64,000 nt of DNA from Hormiphora californensis. Its lineage: Eukaryota > Animalia > Ctenophora. Shown here one piece after another: positions 1-20,200 of this stretch; within the stretch, counting starts at the first letter, position 1, and each line of letters begins with the position of its first letter. Both the position numbers and the translations under genes were made by a program. The notes beneath the pieces were generated by a model. That model made no database searches, was not told the origin of the DNA, and saw only the letters and a program-made list of their open reading frames with translations. The stretch spans positions 8,680,001 through 8,744,000 of the forward strand of contig CM035352.1 of NCBI GenBank assembly GCA_020137815.1, written 5' to 3'.

Positions 1-255
1 GCTGAACCCACTGATATTAAAACGGAACAAAAGCAGTAATTTTTATTTAGTTTAAGTTTTTAATTTATTTTATTTGTTAAAGTTGTTAAAAAGTCTTATA
101 ATAATATTAACAAAACGCATTTACCCTCAGTATTATAACTATTCTTCCCTCACACATAGCAAGGATGATACATGCTAAAGATATGGCCTAGAAGCTCTGA
201 CACACCGCACCGACTCGCTGCTCTGTTTGAGGATATATCAACTGTCTGATAATAT

Positions 256-7913
<7,658 letters not shown>

Positions 7914-9082
7914 GCTCAGATTCAGAACAACTAGATTTTTCTCGATGTCTTGTGAAATTTGTTCTCTGTTTCGGTGAATTCGAATGTAGGGGGAGTATGT
8001 TGATAGCACGTTGTCTCAGCGAGTATTAGTTACCTTGTCAAAGACACACTCAGTCGAGAAAAATACTAAGAAATACTTAGAAAGCTTATCACCCCGTGCC
8101 TGAACAAAGTTTAACCTCGGATGAAAAATGTACACTAAGCGGACTTCACTAGGGTCTTCAGATAGGTATTTGGAGTGGAAAAATGTAAAAAAACACCCCA
8201 ATTTTATGAAAAGTTTTTTCTCTACGTGGATTTTAAAATGGGTCGTTTTGACTGTCAAAACGGCTTGAAAACCATGCTGTCTGCAGATTTATAGTCCTTT
8301 TCCGGTAAAAAGGTTGCACCTGACCGTTTTTTGCACGTAGAATCGATTGCCGGTGAAGAGAAATCTCTAAAACGACTGGAAAATGGTCAAAATTTGAATT
8401 TTTGACGTTTTTTGAGGGTTTTTTCGCCCCTAACCCCATCAAGACATCAAGATAGAAAATTTTCACTAGTGTCAAACGTTAAAATGGACATTTTTCTACC
8501 GGATCCCAAAGTTTCAGATAAATCCAATAACAGGGTAAAATTTGGCTAGTTATTGAAAGTGGCTAGATGAGAGAAAGTGAACTTGAACTTAATTTTTTCA
8601 CAATTTTGGCCTTTTTGACCAACTTCTGATTGAAATGGCCAATCAGGACCATGCTCACGCTAAAGAAGGGACAATTTCCTACTAAAATACAAATTTTCAT
8701 GCCGATACGACAACAGGTCATGGATCTGTAGCAAATTTAAGCGAGCTAACTAGGCTATTTCTACTGTCAAAAAAGGTCAATTTTTCTTATTTTCGGGTCG
8801 ATTGGTAGTAAAAAAGGGTACCCGACCTATTTTTGCCCGTAGAATTGATTTCCGATGGAGTTGGACCTCTAGATCGTCAGGAAAATTGAAGAAAACGAAT
8901 ATTTCAGTTTTTCGGGTAAACAGCCAGAAAATGGTAATTTAGTATCAATCGGCAATCAAAAGGGTTCCCAGCCCAATTTTTCACGTAAAATTGGTCTAAA
9001 ATGGAATTGGAGCTCTTAATCTACGAGAAAATAGGTCAATTTCATTTTTTGTTTGTTTTTTTACTCATTTTCTGGCTATTTA

Positions 9083-10410
9083 TGTTATCTTGTTCCAGCT
9101 TTTGTGCCGTTTTGTGAGCTCCCTTATCAGTCAAGTTCGCAAGCATCTCTCCAATTGTAACATCCTGTGCTCACCTCGTGCTCACCTGTCATGAGTGGTA
9201 GTACTGCTTCTGGAAACAGCTTTTCTAACCGACTCAGAGTGAACAGTGATGAAAGAGTGACAAAGGTGGTATACCGTGAGGTTCAGAGTGAAGTTGTGGA
9301 CCTAGTGCGAGAACTGTTTGTTCATGTGAAGGAGGCAGATTCATTCCCCAAGAAATGGTCTGCTAGTTCAGCTTCCTGTTTCTGGGACAATCTGAAGTGT
9401 CCTAGTAAGAGTAAGATCAAGGGAGTGGGAAAACCTGAACTTGCTGAGTTTGCTGAGAAGGCCTGTCGCTTGCTGGTTGAGCGTTGTTACCCGGCGATTG
9501 ACAAGCTGTCTATTGAAACTGAGGAGTGTGAGAGGAGAATAATTAACTGTCAAGAGGAGCTTATCACCGCACAGCGATTGTTGGTTGAGGCCCAGGACCG
9601 CTTAGTCAAACTACAGTGTGAGCTGTTGGAGAAGAGAGACGGTGAGATCATTGCCGTGCAGTCTACCGCTGAGAAGGAGATTAAATCTTTTGCTGGTGTT
9701 CTCCAGAAAAACTGTGAGACTGCCCTAGCACCGCAGCGGGTACGTCATGCTATTGCTGTAGCGACAGAGGACAGGGCGAACAATGTTATTGTGCATGGTC
9801 TGTTTGATGACCGGGCTGAGAATGATGAGGATCTGGAGAACGAAATTAAGCGAGTGTTTAACAGTTTGGGTGCGTGTATTACTGGTGTTTCCAGTATGAA
9901 GCGACTTGGGAAATATAAGGATGGCTCTGACCGGCCTGTAAAGCTACGTTTATGTGGCAAAGACTTCCGAGATCAAGTACTGTCCAGTAAGAAATCTCTG
10001 AAGAACTCTGATAGGCACAAAAGTGTCTACATTTCCCCTGACCGTTCTCCAGAGGAGAGGGAGGAGAGGAGGAAGCTGGTGGTAGCGTTGAAGGAGAGGA
10101 AAGATGCGGAGCCGGGGAAGACATTTGGGATTCGAGGTGGCAAGGTGGAGGAAGTGTGAGAAACAGTATGTGACTGCTGTGTTTGAGTTTGTGTGTTGAT
10201 TTAAATTAAGTTAGGTTTTTGTGACTGGACTTTTTGAGCATCAGAGCACCGGACTTTTAATTTGGATAAAGAACATTATTTTTACTTTATATACTCTAGA
10301 TATATTTGCAATGGTGAACCGCTCTGATTGCCGTGTAGTTTTCTAGTTATTTTTTCTAGTTACCTATATGGTATGAGCGTGTATACAAGTACGGATATTA
10401 TTATTATTAT
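9083..10410 (+). mobile_element. ORF1-only non-LTR retroelement (non-autonomous LINE derivative)
   Basis: TSD TATTTA (9077-9082 / 10411-10416), (TTA)n tail at 10396-10410, one intact ORF and no ORF2. Confidence 0.8.
9191..10159 (+). CDS. LINE ORF1p-like protein (coiled coil + RRM + C-terminal domain; CR1/L2/L1-type), 322 aa
   Basis: Heptad coiled coil, then NNVIVHGL...KRLGK...RPVKLRL...VYISPDRSPEEREERRKL motifs typical of LINE ORF1p; intronless. Confidence 0.85.
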   Translation: MSGSTASGNSFSNRLRVNSDERVTKVVYREVQSEVVDLVRELFVHVKEADSFPKKWSASSASCFWDNLKCPSKSKIKGVGKPELAEFAEKACRLLVERCYPAIDKLSIETEECERRIINCQEELITAQRLLVEAQDRLVKLQCELLEKRDGEIIAVQSTAEKEIKSFAGVLQKNCETALAPQRVRHAIAVATEDRANNVIVHGLFDDRAENDEDLENEIKRVFNSLGACITGVSSMKRLGKYKDGSDRPVKLRLCGKDFRDQVLSSKKSLKNSDRHKSVYISPDRSPEEREERRKLVVALKERKDAEPGKTFGIRGGKVEEV

Positions 10411-11553
10411 TATTTACCCGAATAACTGAAATATTCGTTTTCTTCAATTTTCCTGACGATCTAGAGGTCCAACTCCATCGGAAATCAATTCTACGGGCAA
10501 AAATAGGTCGGGTACCCTTTTTTACTACCAATCGACCCGAAAATAAGAAAAATTGACCTTTTTTGACAGTAGAAATAGCCTAGTTAGCTCGCTTAAATTT
10601 GCTACAGATCCATGACCTGTTGTCGTATCGGCATGAAAATTTGTATTTTAGTAGGAAATTGTCCCTTCTTTAGCGTGAGCATGGTCCTGATTGGCCATTT
10701 CAATCAGAAGTTGGTCAAAAAGGCCAAAATTGTGAAAAAATTAAGTTCAAGTTCACTTTCTCTCATCTAGCCACTTTCAATAACTAGCCAAATTTTACCC
10801 TGTTATTGGATTTATCTGAAACTTTGGGATCCGGTAGAAAAATGTCCATTTTAACGTTTGACACTAGTGAAAATTTTCTATCTTGATGTCTTGATGGGGT
10901 TAGGGGCGAAAAACCCTCAAAAAACGTCAAAAATTCAAATTTTGACCATTTTCCAGTCGTTTTAGAGATTTCTCTTCACCGGCAATCGATTCTACGTGCA
11001 AAAAACGGTCAGGTGCAACCTTTTTACCGGAAAAGGACTATAAATCTGCAGACAGCATGGTTTTCAAGCCGTTTTGACAGTCAAAACGACCCATTTTAAA
11101 ATCCATGTAGAGAAAAAACTTTTCATAAAATTGGGGTGTTTTTTTACATTTTTCCACTCCAAATACCTATCTGAAGACCCTAGTGAAGTCCGCTTAGTGT
11201 ACATTTTTCATCCGAGGTTAAACTTTGTTCAGGCACGGGGTGTTATAAACTACTCTCAAGAACTCCATGTTTATTAACTCTATGAACTTGGCTGTATTAA
11301 ATATGCCCGGATGGGTTACTGGGTTAGAATTGATATTCTAGGAAATGAGCCTAATTCTAGATAATTATACGCCTAGATATATCATTACGCTGCCTTTATG
11401 CTCCATTTCCTTCTCTCGAAATTAATGTTATAAGTAAACTCATCCAATTTTCAAATCTCTCGTAACTCACTCACTATACTAGCTCCCCAGTCTCCTTACT
11501 CTTTCTCCTAACTGTCTCTCACTCCTAGCTCTCATTTCCTAGCTTATCCTGCA

Positions 11554-12512
11554 GCCAGTCGAAAATCAGTGAGCATTATAAATGCAGCAAGTTGCGTGTA
11601 ACTCTTCGTCTAATCGGAAAAGTTCACAAACCACTGGATAGTGCTAGCCTGTGGTTTGTGAACTGCTCAGAGATTTGTTTCTGAGCTCATTCTCACTTCT
11701 TCCCAATAACATAATTGTTATTAAATTAAGAAGCTTTTATTAAACAATTTGGAGTTAATATTTACTACCACTTTCCTACCTTTCCTCTGTGCCTGAATTT
11801 ACACGCACCATTCCCCACCTAACCATTTCAACTTATACTGTATCTGATATCTAGAGCAAAACTAAACACAATTGAAACGATCACACTATTCAAAGCACTT
11901 ACGATACTTAACTGTTACTCAAGTGAGAGACAGTAGCAGATAGATACAGATATCAATGTGTATCTCCAATGGTTTCCTATCGAGCTGAGATCTTTTAAAC
12001 CATCTTGTTTCACTAAGGCGGTACGTGGACAATGGAATAGAAGGGGAGTGTGTAAATTTGAGATTGTTTGAAGTTAAAACCACACAGTCTCCTCTCTCTC
12101 GCAGTAGATTGGAGTGTTCAAAGTGTACATAACAAGGGGGCAACTGTTAGTGCGTGATTATCAGCAGCTTCAAGCTGAATGGAGTCATTCTTTTTTCTCG
12201 TGTGCATAGTACACACTCGTGTAATCACGTGGTTTTGTGTGATTCAGTTTGTTTTTAAAGTGGTCGGCGTATTCAATATGTTCTAAAAGAGTAAGACAGA
12301 GATGGCTGAGGGGAGAGAGATTGGCCACTACAGGACTTGATGGGTTATACCAGCTGTCGAGGGAAGTGCTGCAGGCGAGACTTGCAGAATCCAATAATCC
12401 ATGTCTAGTGTCTCGATGCAGAATCCGTCTCTCGTTGTATTATAATGGCTGCAGTAGTAAGAACCAAATATGTGGCAGGTTCATGCTACAGCTCCATTAT
12501 AAAGTCAAATGA
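11554..12512 (+). CDS. Possible small multi-exon gene of unknown function
   Basis: Candidate exons ~11554-11652, ~11940-12019, ~12108-12145 and ~12248-12512; the last three join in frame (IDTDINVYLQWFP...IGVFKVYITRGQLLFLKW...); no recognised domain; 5' end unresolved. Confidence 0.3.
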
Positions 12513-12654
12513 TTGATGTCTTATAAGGTATAAGCAGTAAAAGATAGACTGAAGTGATAAAGCTGTAGAGTTTAAGCTGTTATAGTACCCTACATATTTT
12601 ATTCAATGTCTATCCTTAAAGCTGTTACCCTACATATTTTATTCAATATCAGCG

Positions 12655-12764
12655 ATCCTCTTCTTTTTTATCAGCTTCATTTTCTTTTTTATCAGCTTCA
12701 CTTTCTTTTTTATCAGCTTCACTTTCTTTTTTATCAGCTTCACTTTCTTTTTTATCAGCTTCAT
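12655..12764 (+). repeat. 21-bp tandem repeat (CTTCACTTTCTTTTTTATCAG) x5
   Basis: Directly visible. Confidence 0.9.
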
Positions 12765-13066
12765 TCCCTTCATTCATTCTCCGAAACAACCTTTAACGTA
12801 TGTTAGAGGTGTTATAGATTTCGCTGAAGATCTAAGTTCTTCTTTTTTCCTTCCTCCATCTCTATCTCTCTCTCCATCTCTCTCTCTCTGTCTCACTCTG
12901 TCGACTGTCTCACCCTCTCTCTCACACAAAATATATATATATATATCTCTCCCTCACTGATCTCTCCATCCCTCACTCTCTCCATCTCTCTCTCGATCAT
13001 GTGACCTGTCAATAAAGATGCGTGCTAACATTCGCTTGTATAAAGATGGAGAGAGAGGAAGAAAGG

Positions 13067-13131
<65 letters not shown>

Positions 13132-13375
13132 AGAGAAGGCAGAGGTAGAGACAGCTCGATTATATATTGTTCTGCACACACACTGTATTAGTATAACACA
13201 ACCGTACGCTCTGTCAATCACTTTTTTCTGGCTTTTTTTCATGGGGGGCTTTTTCATCTATAATCCATGATTAGATACTGTTATTGTAGTTCATTTGATC
13301 AATATTTGAATAATATTGACAAGTTTGCTCACCTCCCCTCTTCCCCCTTAGCTTAGTTAAGTGGACCTGCATAAG

Positions 13376-14301
13376 ATGAAACTACAGCTGGGAATCAGTA
13401 TGATCGTTCCTGTTATCTATGCTAACCTCGCCCTTATCTCTCTACCCTTCATGATAACTCAGGTAATTAATTGTTAATCTAATTAATTAATTCTTAATTT
13501 ATTCTAAAAACATTATTAGACTGGGCTTTGAACTCTCGGGAGTTGGACTCTCCATGTTATTATTTTGCCACATGAACAAGTTATGGTGAAACTTATATTG
13601 GTTCAGTATCGATCTGAACACTAACACGGCTCTGATCCCTTTTCAGTTGTTAGTAGCCTATCATGGCATGGAATCTGGACTGTCTGCCCTACAGGTCGCC
13701 TTTCTCTTCTGCAACGCACCTGTAAGTTCAAATATTCACGTGGAATTTCCACCACAAAATATTTGTCAAATATTAGTACAGTTGGGTACCATTAGTTGGA
13801 CCATTAATAGTGGGAGACCTATCCAACAATACAATTCGTTATTGAAGTTGGCTTTGGGACGATTTATTGAACAAAACCCCAAAACAAGAAAATATTGCTT
13901 TGATTACCATGGTAACCATTTCCCCCCTGGCAGGTTGTGTTATCTTTTCTGGGTAGCTATTTCAAATATAAAGCGGAGGACTACTACATTTGCGATCTGG
14001 TGTGTCTCAGCTCGACACTACTGGCTTTCACAACTGCTTTCCTTTCCTGTGTCCCTTTATCTGGAGGTTAGTTTGGAGAAAACACAAGGATTGTTTCTAT
14101 CCCGAATTTTGAATCGAAAATGTCTTCACATCTTTTGCCCAAAATTCTCTTCCACCCTAGAATTTGCGTGATTACCTTGCGCCCCCACCCCAATTATTGA
14201 GCAATATACTAACTCAAGTGCTCAACAACTCACTACTGCCATGTCATCTCACAGCTGACAGCCCCCATTGTTTCCTGAAGCCCTCAGACCCCCCGCCATA
14301 T

Positions 14302-14361
<60 letters not shown>

Positions 14362-15850
14362 AGTTGGTCCACCTGCCACCACCTCCAATCGGTTTCCCCC
14401 GGGCAACGGGGTCACACGGAGTACCTTTTTCCCCATCCCCTTTTCCCCCTGTTCGATTTCCAGGTCCGTGTGGCCGCGGCTGAGCGTGGCTGTGTATCAG
14501 AAATACGGAAAAAAATCAGAAAATACAAAATACAAAAACATCTTGGCAAGGCTAGGCGGCCCACAGTGTATTATCGCCAACTATTATGTTCCTACCCCGC
14601 CTTCACCGGCTTAGGGTTACCCGTGGAACAGGCATCTTCCAGCCAACTGTGGACCCCCAACGCCCCTTTATCCACTAACCCACTAACCAATACTGTTTTT
14701 GTTCTACTGGCCCCCCTAAACCACTTCTTCCATTTTTGATAGGGTTCTACATCGGAGATGATTCTTTGGAGCGTGGTGGCTGTCCTCTCTGGAGCGGGGT
14801 CAGCTGTCCTTACTGGGGCGGGGTCGGCTGTCCTTTCTGGAGCGGGGTGACTGTCCTCTCTGGAGCGGGGTCAGCTGTCTTTACTGGGGCGGGGTCGGCT
14901 GTCCTTACTGGAGCGGGGTCAGCTGTCCTCTCTGGGACGGGGTGGCTGTCCTCTCTGGAGCGGGGTCAACTGTCTTTACTGGAGCGGGGTCAGCTGTCTT
15001 TACTGGAGCGGGGTCAGCTGTCCTTACTGGAGCGGGGTCAGCTGTCTTCTCTGGAGCGGGGTGGCTGTCTTCTCTGGGGCGGGGTCAGCTGGCTTCTCTG
15101 GAGCGGGGTCGGCTGTCCTCTCTGGAACGGGGTGACTGTCGTCTCTGGAGCGGGGTCAGCTGTCTTTACTGGAACGGGGTCAGCTGTCCTTACTGGAACG
15201 GGGTCAGCTGTCCTCTCTGGAGCGGGGTGGCTGTCCTCTCTGGAACGGGGTCAGCTGTCTTTACTGGAACGGGGTCAGCTGTCTTTACTGGAACGGGGTC
15301 AGCTGTCCTTACTGGAACGGGGTCAGCTGTCTTCTCTGGAACGGGGTGGCTGTCTTCTCTGGAACGGGGTCAGCTGGCTTCTCTGGAGCGGGGTCAGCTG
15401 GCTTCTCTGGAACGGGCTGGCTGTCCTCTCTGGCTCGACATGTAATCATCATCCATTTGTATTTATTTATTTTTTTTTCGCTCGAACCCGTTCCTGCTTG
15501 TTTTAGGCTGCCTTAGATTTAGACGGTTTGCTTCTTCAGTTCCTGATAAGTTGTCTCTTCTTAGAATTCATTGTAGCAGATTGGGCTTCTTTGCAGATAG
15601 TTTAGGAGGTCTTGTGCTCCGTCACCTTGAGCTTTAATCCCACTTTACTTCCCCCTTTTTAATATCATCCCCTTTACTTAACCCATATGTACATTGTTAA
15701 ATTTACCCGTATGTACATTGTTCTACCTACCCTACCTTTACTCCGCAGGCCCTCCGGGCCCTCAGATCCAACAGGATCCGGGTCCGGGGGATTTAACCCT
15801 GCTCTCGCATGGGGCCTCACGGCCCCATGTGGGAGTGGTGCGTGTAGTGG

Positions 15851-15888
<38 letters not shown>

Positions 15889-17136
15889 AGTGTGAATAAT
15901 AAGATCTCCACCCTCTCCACTACTATCAGACTACTATTATACCTATCAGTGATTAGTTTCTACTGCAGCTGCTGTGCTTACAAACAATAAGACGTGAAAT
16001 TAGCCTGTCCATCCAATAATTAGTTATTGAACTATTGTCAATTACTATAGTAGTGGTGACGCAGGCGTAGAGAATTTTGTAAGAGTTTTAGAATTAGAAA
16101 CACAATTCATCCCTTCTTGGAACTCCCCCTGTTATTTGTTGAGTAACAAGTTGTTATATGGTGCGCTAGATTCAGTCTTCGCTACCGTGTTATGCTAGTC
16201 GTAAGGGCTAATTATATCTACCCTCGTCGAATTAACCATAATTATAAGAACAATGTAATTATATATGGCATATATGCAAGAATATATCTGGTACACATAT
16301 ATCGCAAGAATATGTGCCCCAATATACCCAATATATGTGCAATTGTACTTGTAACTCCTACTGTATATGGTGCAGTAGACCCCCTCTCCCTCGTCATAGT
16401 AGACTGAGTCCCTCTTGCCTTGCTCGACCCTCTCTACCCCTCGTCACATATAGTAGACTGAGTCATCTCGACCCTCTCTTGCTCGACCCTCTCTCCCCAT
16501 AGTGTAGTTGAATGAGTCCCTCTTGCTTTCCTCTCCCCTCTCTCCCCACAGTGTAGTTAAATGAGCCCAATTCTTGCCTTGCTCGACCCTCTCTACCCCT
16601 CGTTACATAGTAGGCTAAGTCCTCTGTACCCTCTACCCTCTCTTCCCCTCGTCGTACTTCCCATTATTGAGAACACATGGAAATGCGTGCGTTGAACGCA
16701 CTGCGTTATAAAAATGTTGAGGTACATAAACTTGCGGAGAATGGTCCACTTGTCCAATTTTTGCACGGCCTCAAAATTATTTAGTGGTCATCGCATTTAT
16801 ATTAAAAGTCTTGCTTCTAACTGCAAAGTAACGGTCCCCCTACTAGTCCTAACCTAATACCTCTCGTATAACTATTTCTGACATGATTTTTGGCCCGCGG
16901 CCAAAATGATTATTCATGTCCCGGTCCCTCCTGTATTATTCCCTCTCTTATTTTATTTACGTAAAGAGAATAAGGTTGAACTTGAAGCGCATCAATTTTC
17001 ATCCTCTTGGAATTCGAATTGCGTACAATAGATTAGTAATAAATCAATATGACCGTAGGAATATTAACTGAACTTACACAGCGGCCTCAACTTACAGTAT
17101 CTGCTGAGTAAAGCTTTCTCTCTCTCTATATATGTA

Positions 17137-17228
<92 letters not shown>

Positions 17229-20200
17229 TCTTCTCTCTCTCTCTCTTCATAAACCACTCCTTGATTCTGCTGCTGATTCTGTGGTCATTGCCGATAATTC
17301 TTCTCTACTGCTCAAGAAGCTAGTTGCCTTAAATTCGAAAGAAACTAAATACAGTCGGACCCCGATTTACCGGGATGCTCGAGGGTTTTTGCCTGATAAA
17401 TCGGGGTGCCCGGTAAATCGGGGTCCGACTGTACTCCTTTCTTACGGACACCTTGTGAGCAGCCAACACCTAGAATCTGTTCAGATTATACAAGCTGCTA
17501 GTACAATATGTGTGGTCACTCGTATTGATTCTGAGTTGAGTAATGCTGCATTACTGAACTAACTTTGGCAATGAAATTACCCCTCCGCAAAAGCTCACAT
17601 TATATATATACCGCGAGTGCACATATCACTCCCGCTGTGCGCGACCATTTGCACGCTGAAATATGCACTGTGCTTCCGCGGGAGCGTGCAGATATAGAGG
17701 GAGCGGGATATAAGTAAGAAATGTGTTCTCGCTGTGTTTTTACACCTTAATCACACACAAACACACAGAATATGACTGACAAGGTACTACACGACACAAA
17801 GTCTGTCAAATTACACTCACTCTCCCTCTTTCTCTCACTAATTATCCCCTTATCACGTTTTGTTGTTTGCTATTTCCAAGAATTCCAATCTCCCTCTCTC
17901 GCATCTCTCTCTTCATCTCTCTCTTCTTTTCACTGTTTCAAACTATCAGACGTTGTTTCCCTTGTGTGTAAGAGTTGCAGTAGCGTCTGTTAGTATTTTT
18001 GAGTGTGTTTTTGCTTAGTTTGGACCTTGTTTTGTCACATCTCTGTGTGTGTAACCACCCAAAATTAAGATTGTTTTGCTTGTAAAGTGTTTTCTCGCGG
18101 AATATATACTCAATAACGTCCTGCACGGCATGTGCAAGCGCCCCTATATCGCACTCGTTTCACTCGTGCAATATAGGTGTGAAATGCACTCCAGCTCCGC
18201 TGTCGTGCATTTCACCTCCATATACGCTCTGCAGTGCAGAGCGTATATGGCGCGCTTGCACTGCGTGCAGAACGTTATGTACTATATAATAACAGGGGTG
18301 ACTTCGTAACCAAGAACTAACTAGGGTCTGACGGTGTATAAGGTCCAAATGAGCCTGAACTCCCCGTATTTGGAGACAAAATATAAATATCGACTTAGTG
18401 ACACTATATTTTAGTGGTCTTTGTGAGTGATGATGTTATCTGATATCTCTATATCGATCCTGCTGCGTTGTATCTGATATTGTGCTAAGTAGTCTCCATT
18501 TCTTTTTTATATAAATTTCTAAGTTATTTCTCTCAGTCTGCTTGTCCCGTTATCTGCATTCCAAGTCTATAAATAGCAACTTATAAAAAGCATTAAAAAG
18601 CAGTATAAATAATAAATATTATCATCTCGATTATGCCCCCACTAGTTTCTGAAAATATCACCTCTCTCCTTGTCCCCTCTATCTGTCTCCACAGACAGCT
18701 GCTCTGTAGTACACGTGTGGTGATCATGATTACAAAATTTATATTCCATGACAGGAAAACCTCATGAGAAATATGGACCGCATCAGCACCAGCCGTATCT
18801 TTGCTCCTTTATAATTTGTAACGGCCCACTGATTCTCCCTCTATATTGTTGCAGACAGTACCAGTGATTCAGATTAATAATCTCCCTCCAGAGTACTCCT
18901 CCCCCGCAGCTCTCAGCTGTATAAATAATCAGCTATAGTTACCAGTAATCCAACCAGTCAGTGATGATGTTCTTTCTACCCTTCCTCCTCCTTCATCTCT
19001 CTACCTCCATCACCATCAACACGCCTCTAGGAAGAGTGACCAGTTTAGACCTCAAAACAACCAGAGGAGTCATCCACGAATTCTACGAGCTCCCTTACGC
19101 CGCCATACACCGCCGTTGGACACACTCCACCCTGCGAGAGAAGCACTGGAAAGGAGTTAGAGATGCATCCCAATACACTGGTATCAAGTGTATCCAAGGT
19201 TACTACTCTGCAAACTTTGGGAGTGGTACAGAGGACTGTTTGGTCCTCACGGTCCGAACTCCAAACACCACTCCATCCACACCCCTCCCCGTTATGGTGT
19301 GGATCCATGGGGGTTCACTCCGGGTCGGATGGGGAGAGGAACCCGGGTATGCTCCTGACGCAGACCTGACAGGTGAGGTTAATGCTGTAACAGTCACCAT
19401 TAATTACCGACTTGATGTCATGGGATTCCTTCAGACTGCAGACCTAGCAAGACGTGGCCATTTGGGGAATTATGGGATTGGTGATGCTCTAACTGCTCTC
19501 CGATGGATTCAGGCTAATATAGCAAGTTTCGGGGGAGACCCAGGGTCTGTTACCCTCCTGGGGGAGAGCTCAGGTGGGGCGGTTATCTATGGGTTGCTAG
19601 GCTCGGAAAAGGCAGATGGGATGTTCCACAAGGCTATTCTGTTATCTGCACCCCAAACCCTGATCACAACCCCTGCACAGGCCTGTACAACACGAGCGAG
19701 CTTTACCCGAGATGCCGGATGTGATTCCTGTAACAAAACGGAGAGAATCCAATGTCTGAGACAAGCCAACACCACTACCCTCGCTAAGGCATTCTTTTCT
19801 TACCGCGGCTACGGGTTTTACGACTTCCCCTATGGGTACGAGGGTCTCTATGGGGAGAGCATGGACTTTGCGGTTCTTGATGGGACTCTAGTGACAAGCG
19901 ATCCTTTTGGGGTAGGATCTCGAGCAAGAAACGGCAAGGTAGAGCTGTATATCTCAAACACGGCACAGGAGACTGCCTACAACGTGTTTTATGGAACGAA
20001 CGTGGTCACGACATGGCTAGATGCGACCAAACTGCTCATGGAGAAGCGGGATAACCTCATACAGACATACAAAGGGGACCTGTCAAAGTTTCCCAAAACT
20101 GCACTAAACAAAGTTGCTGAGATGTACTATTGGAAAAATACATCGGAAACTTGGTGGCCTCAACTCTCTATCGATACCGTCCTGACAGACATCCGAACCA

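Larger units (their letters stand above)
8090..11242. mobile_element. Foldback non-autonomous DNA transposon with ~830-bp arms (CMC/Chapaev-like termini), interrupted by a retroelement
   Basis: 8090-~8930 is the near-perfect reverse complement of ~10411-11242; termini CACCCCG...CGGGGTG; TTAT duplicated on both sides. Confidence 0.85.

Noticed and set aside
14736-15506. 256-aa and 167-aa repetitive ORFs
   Set aside because: Minisatellite translation artefacts with frame-switching 23/24-bp units
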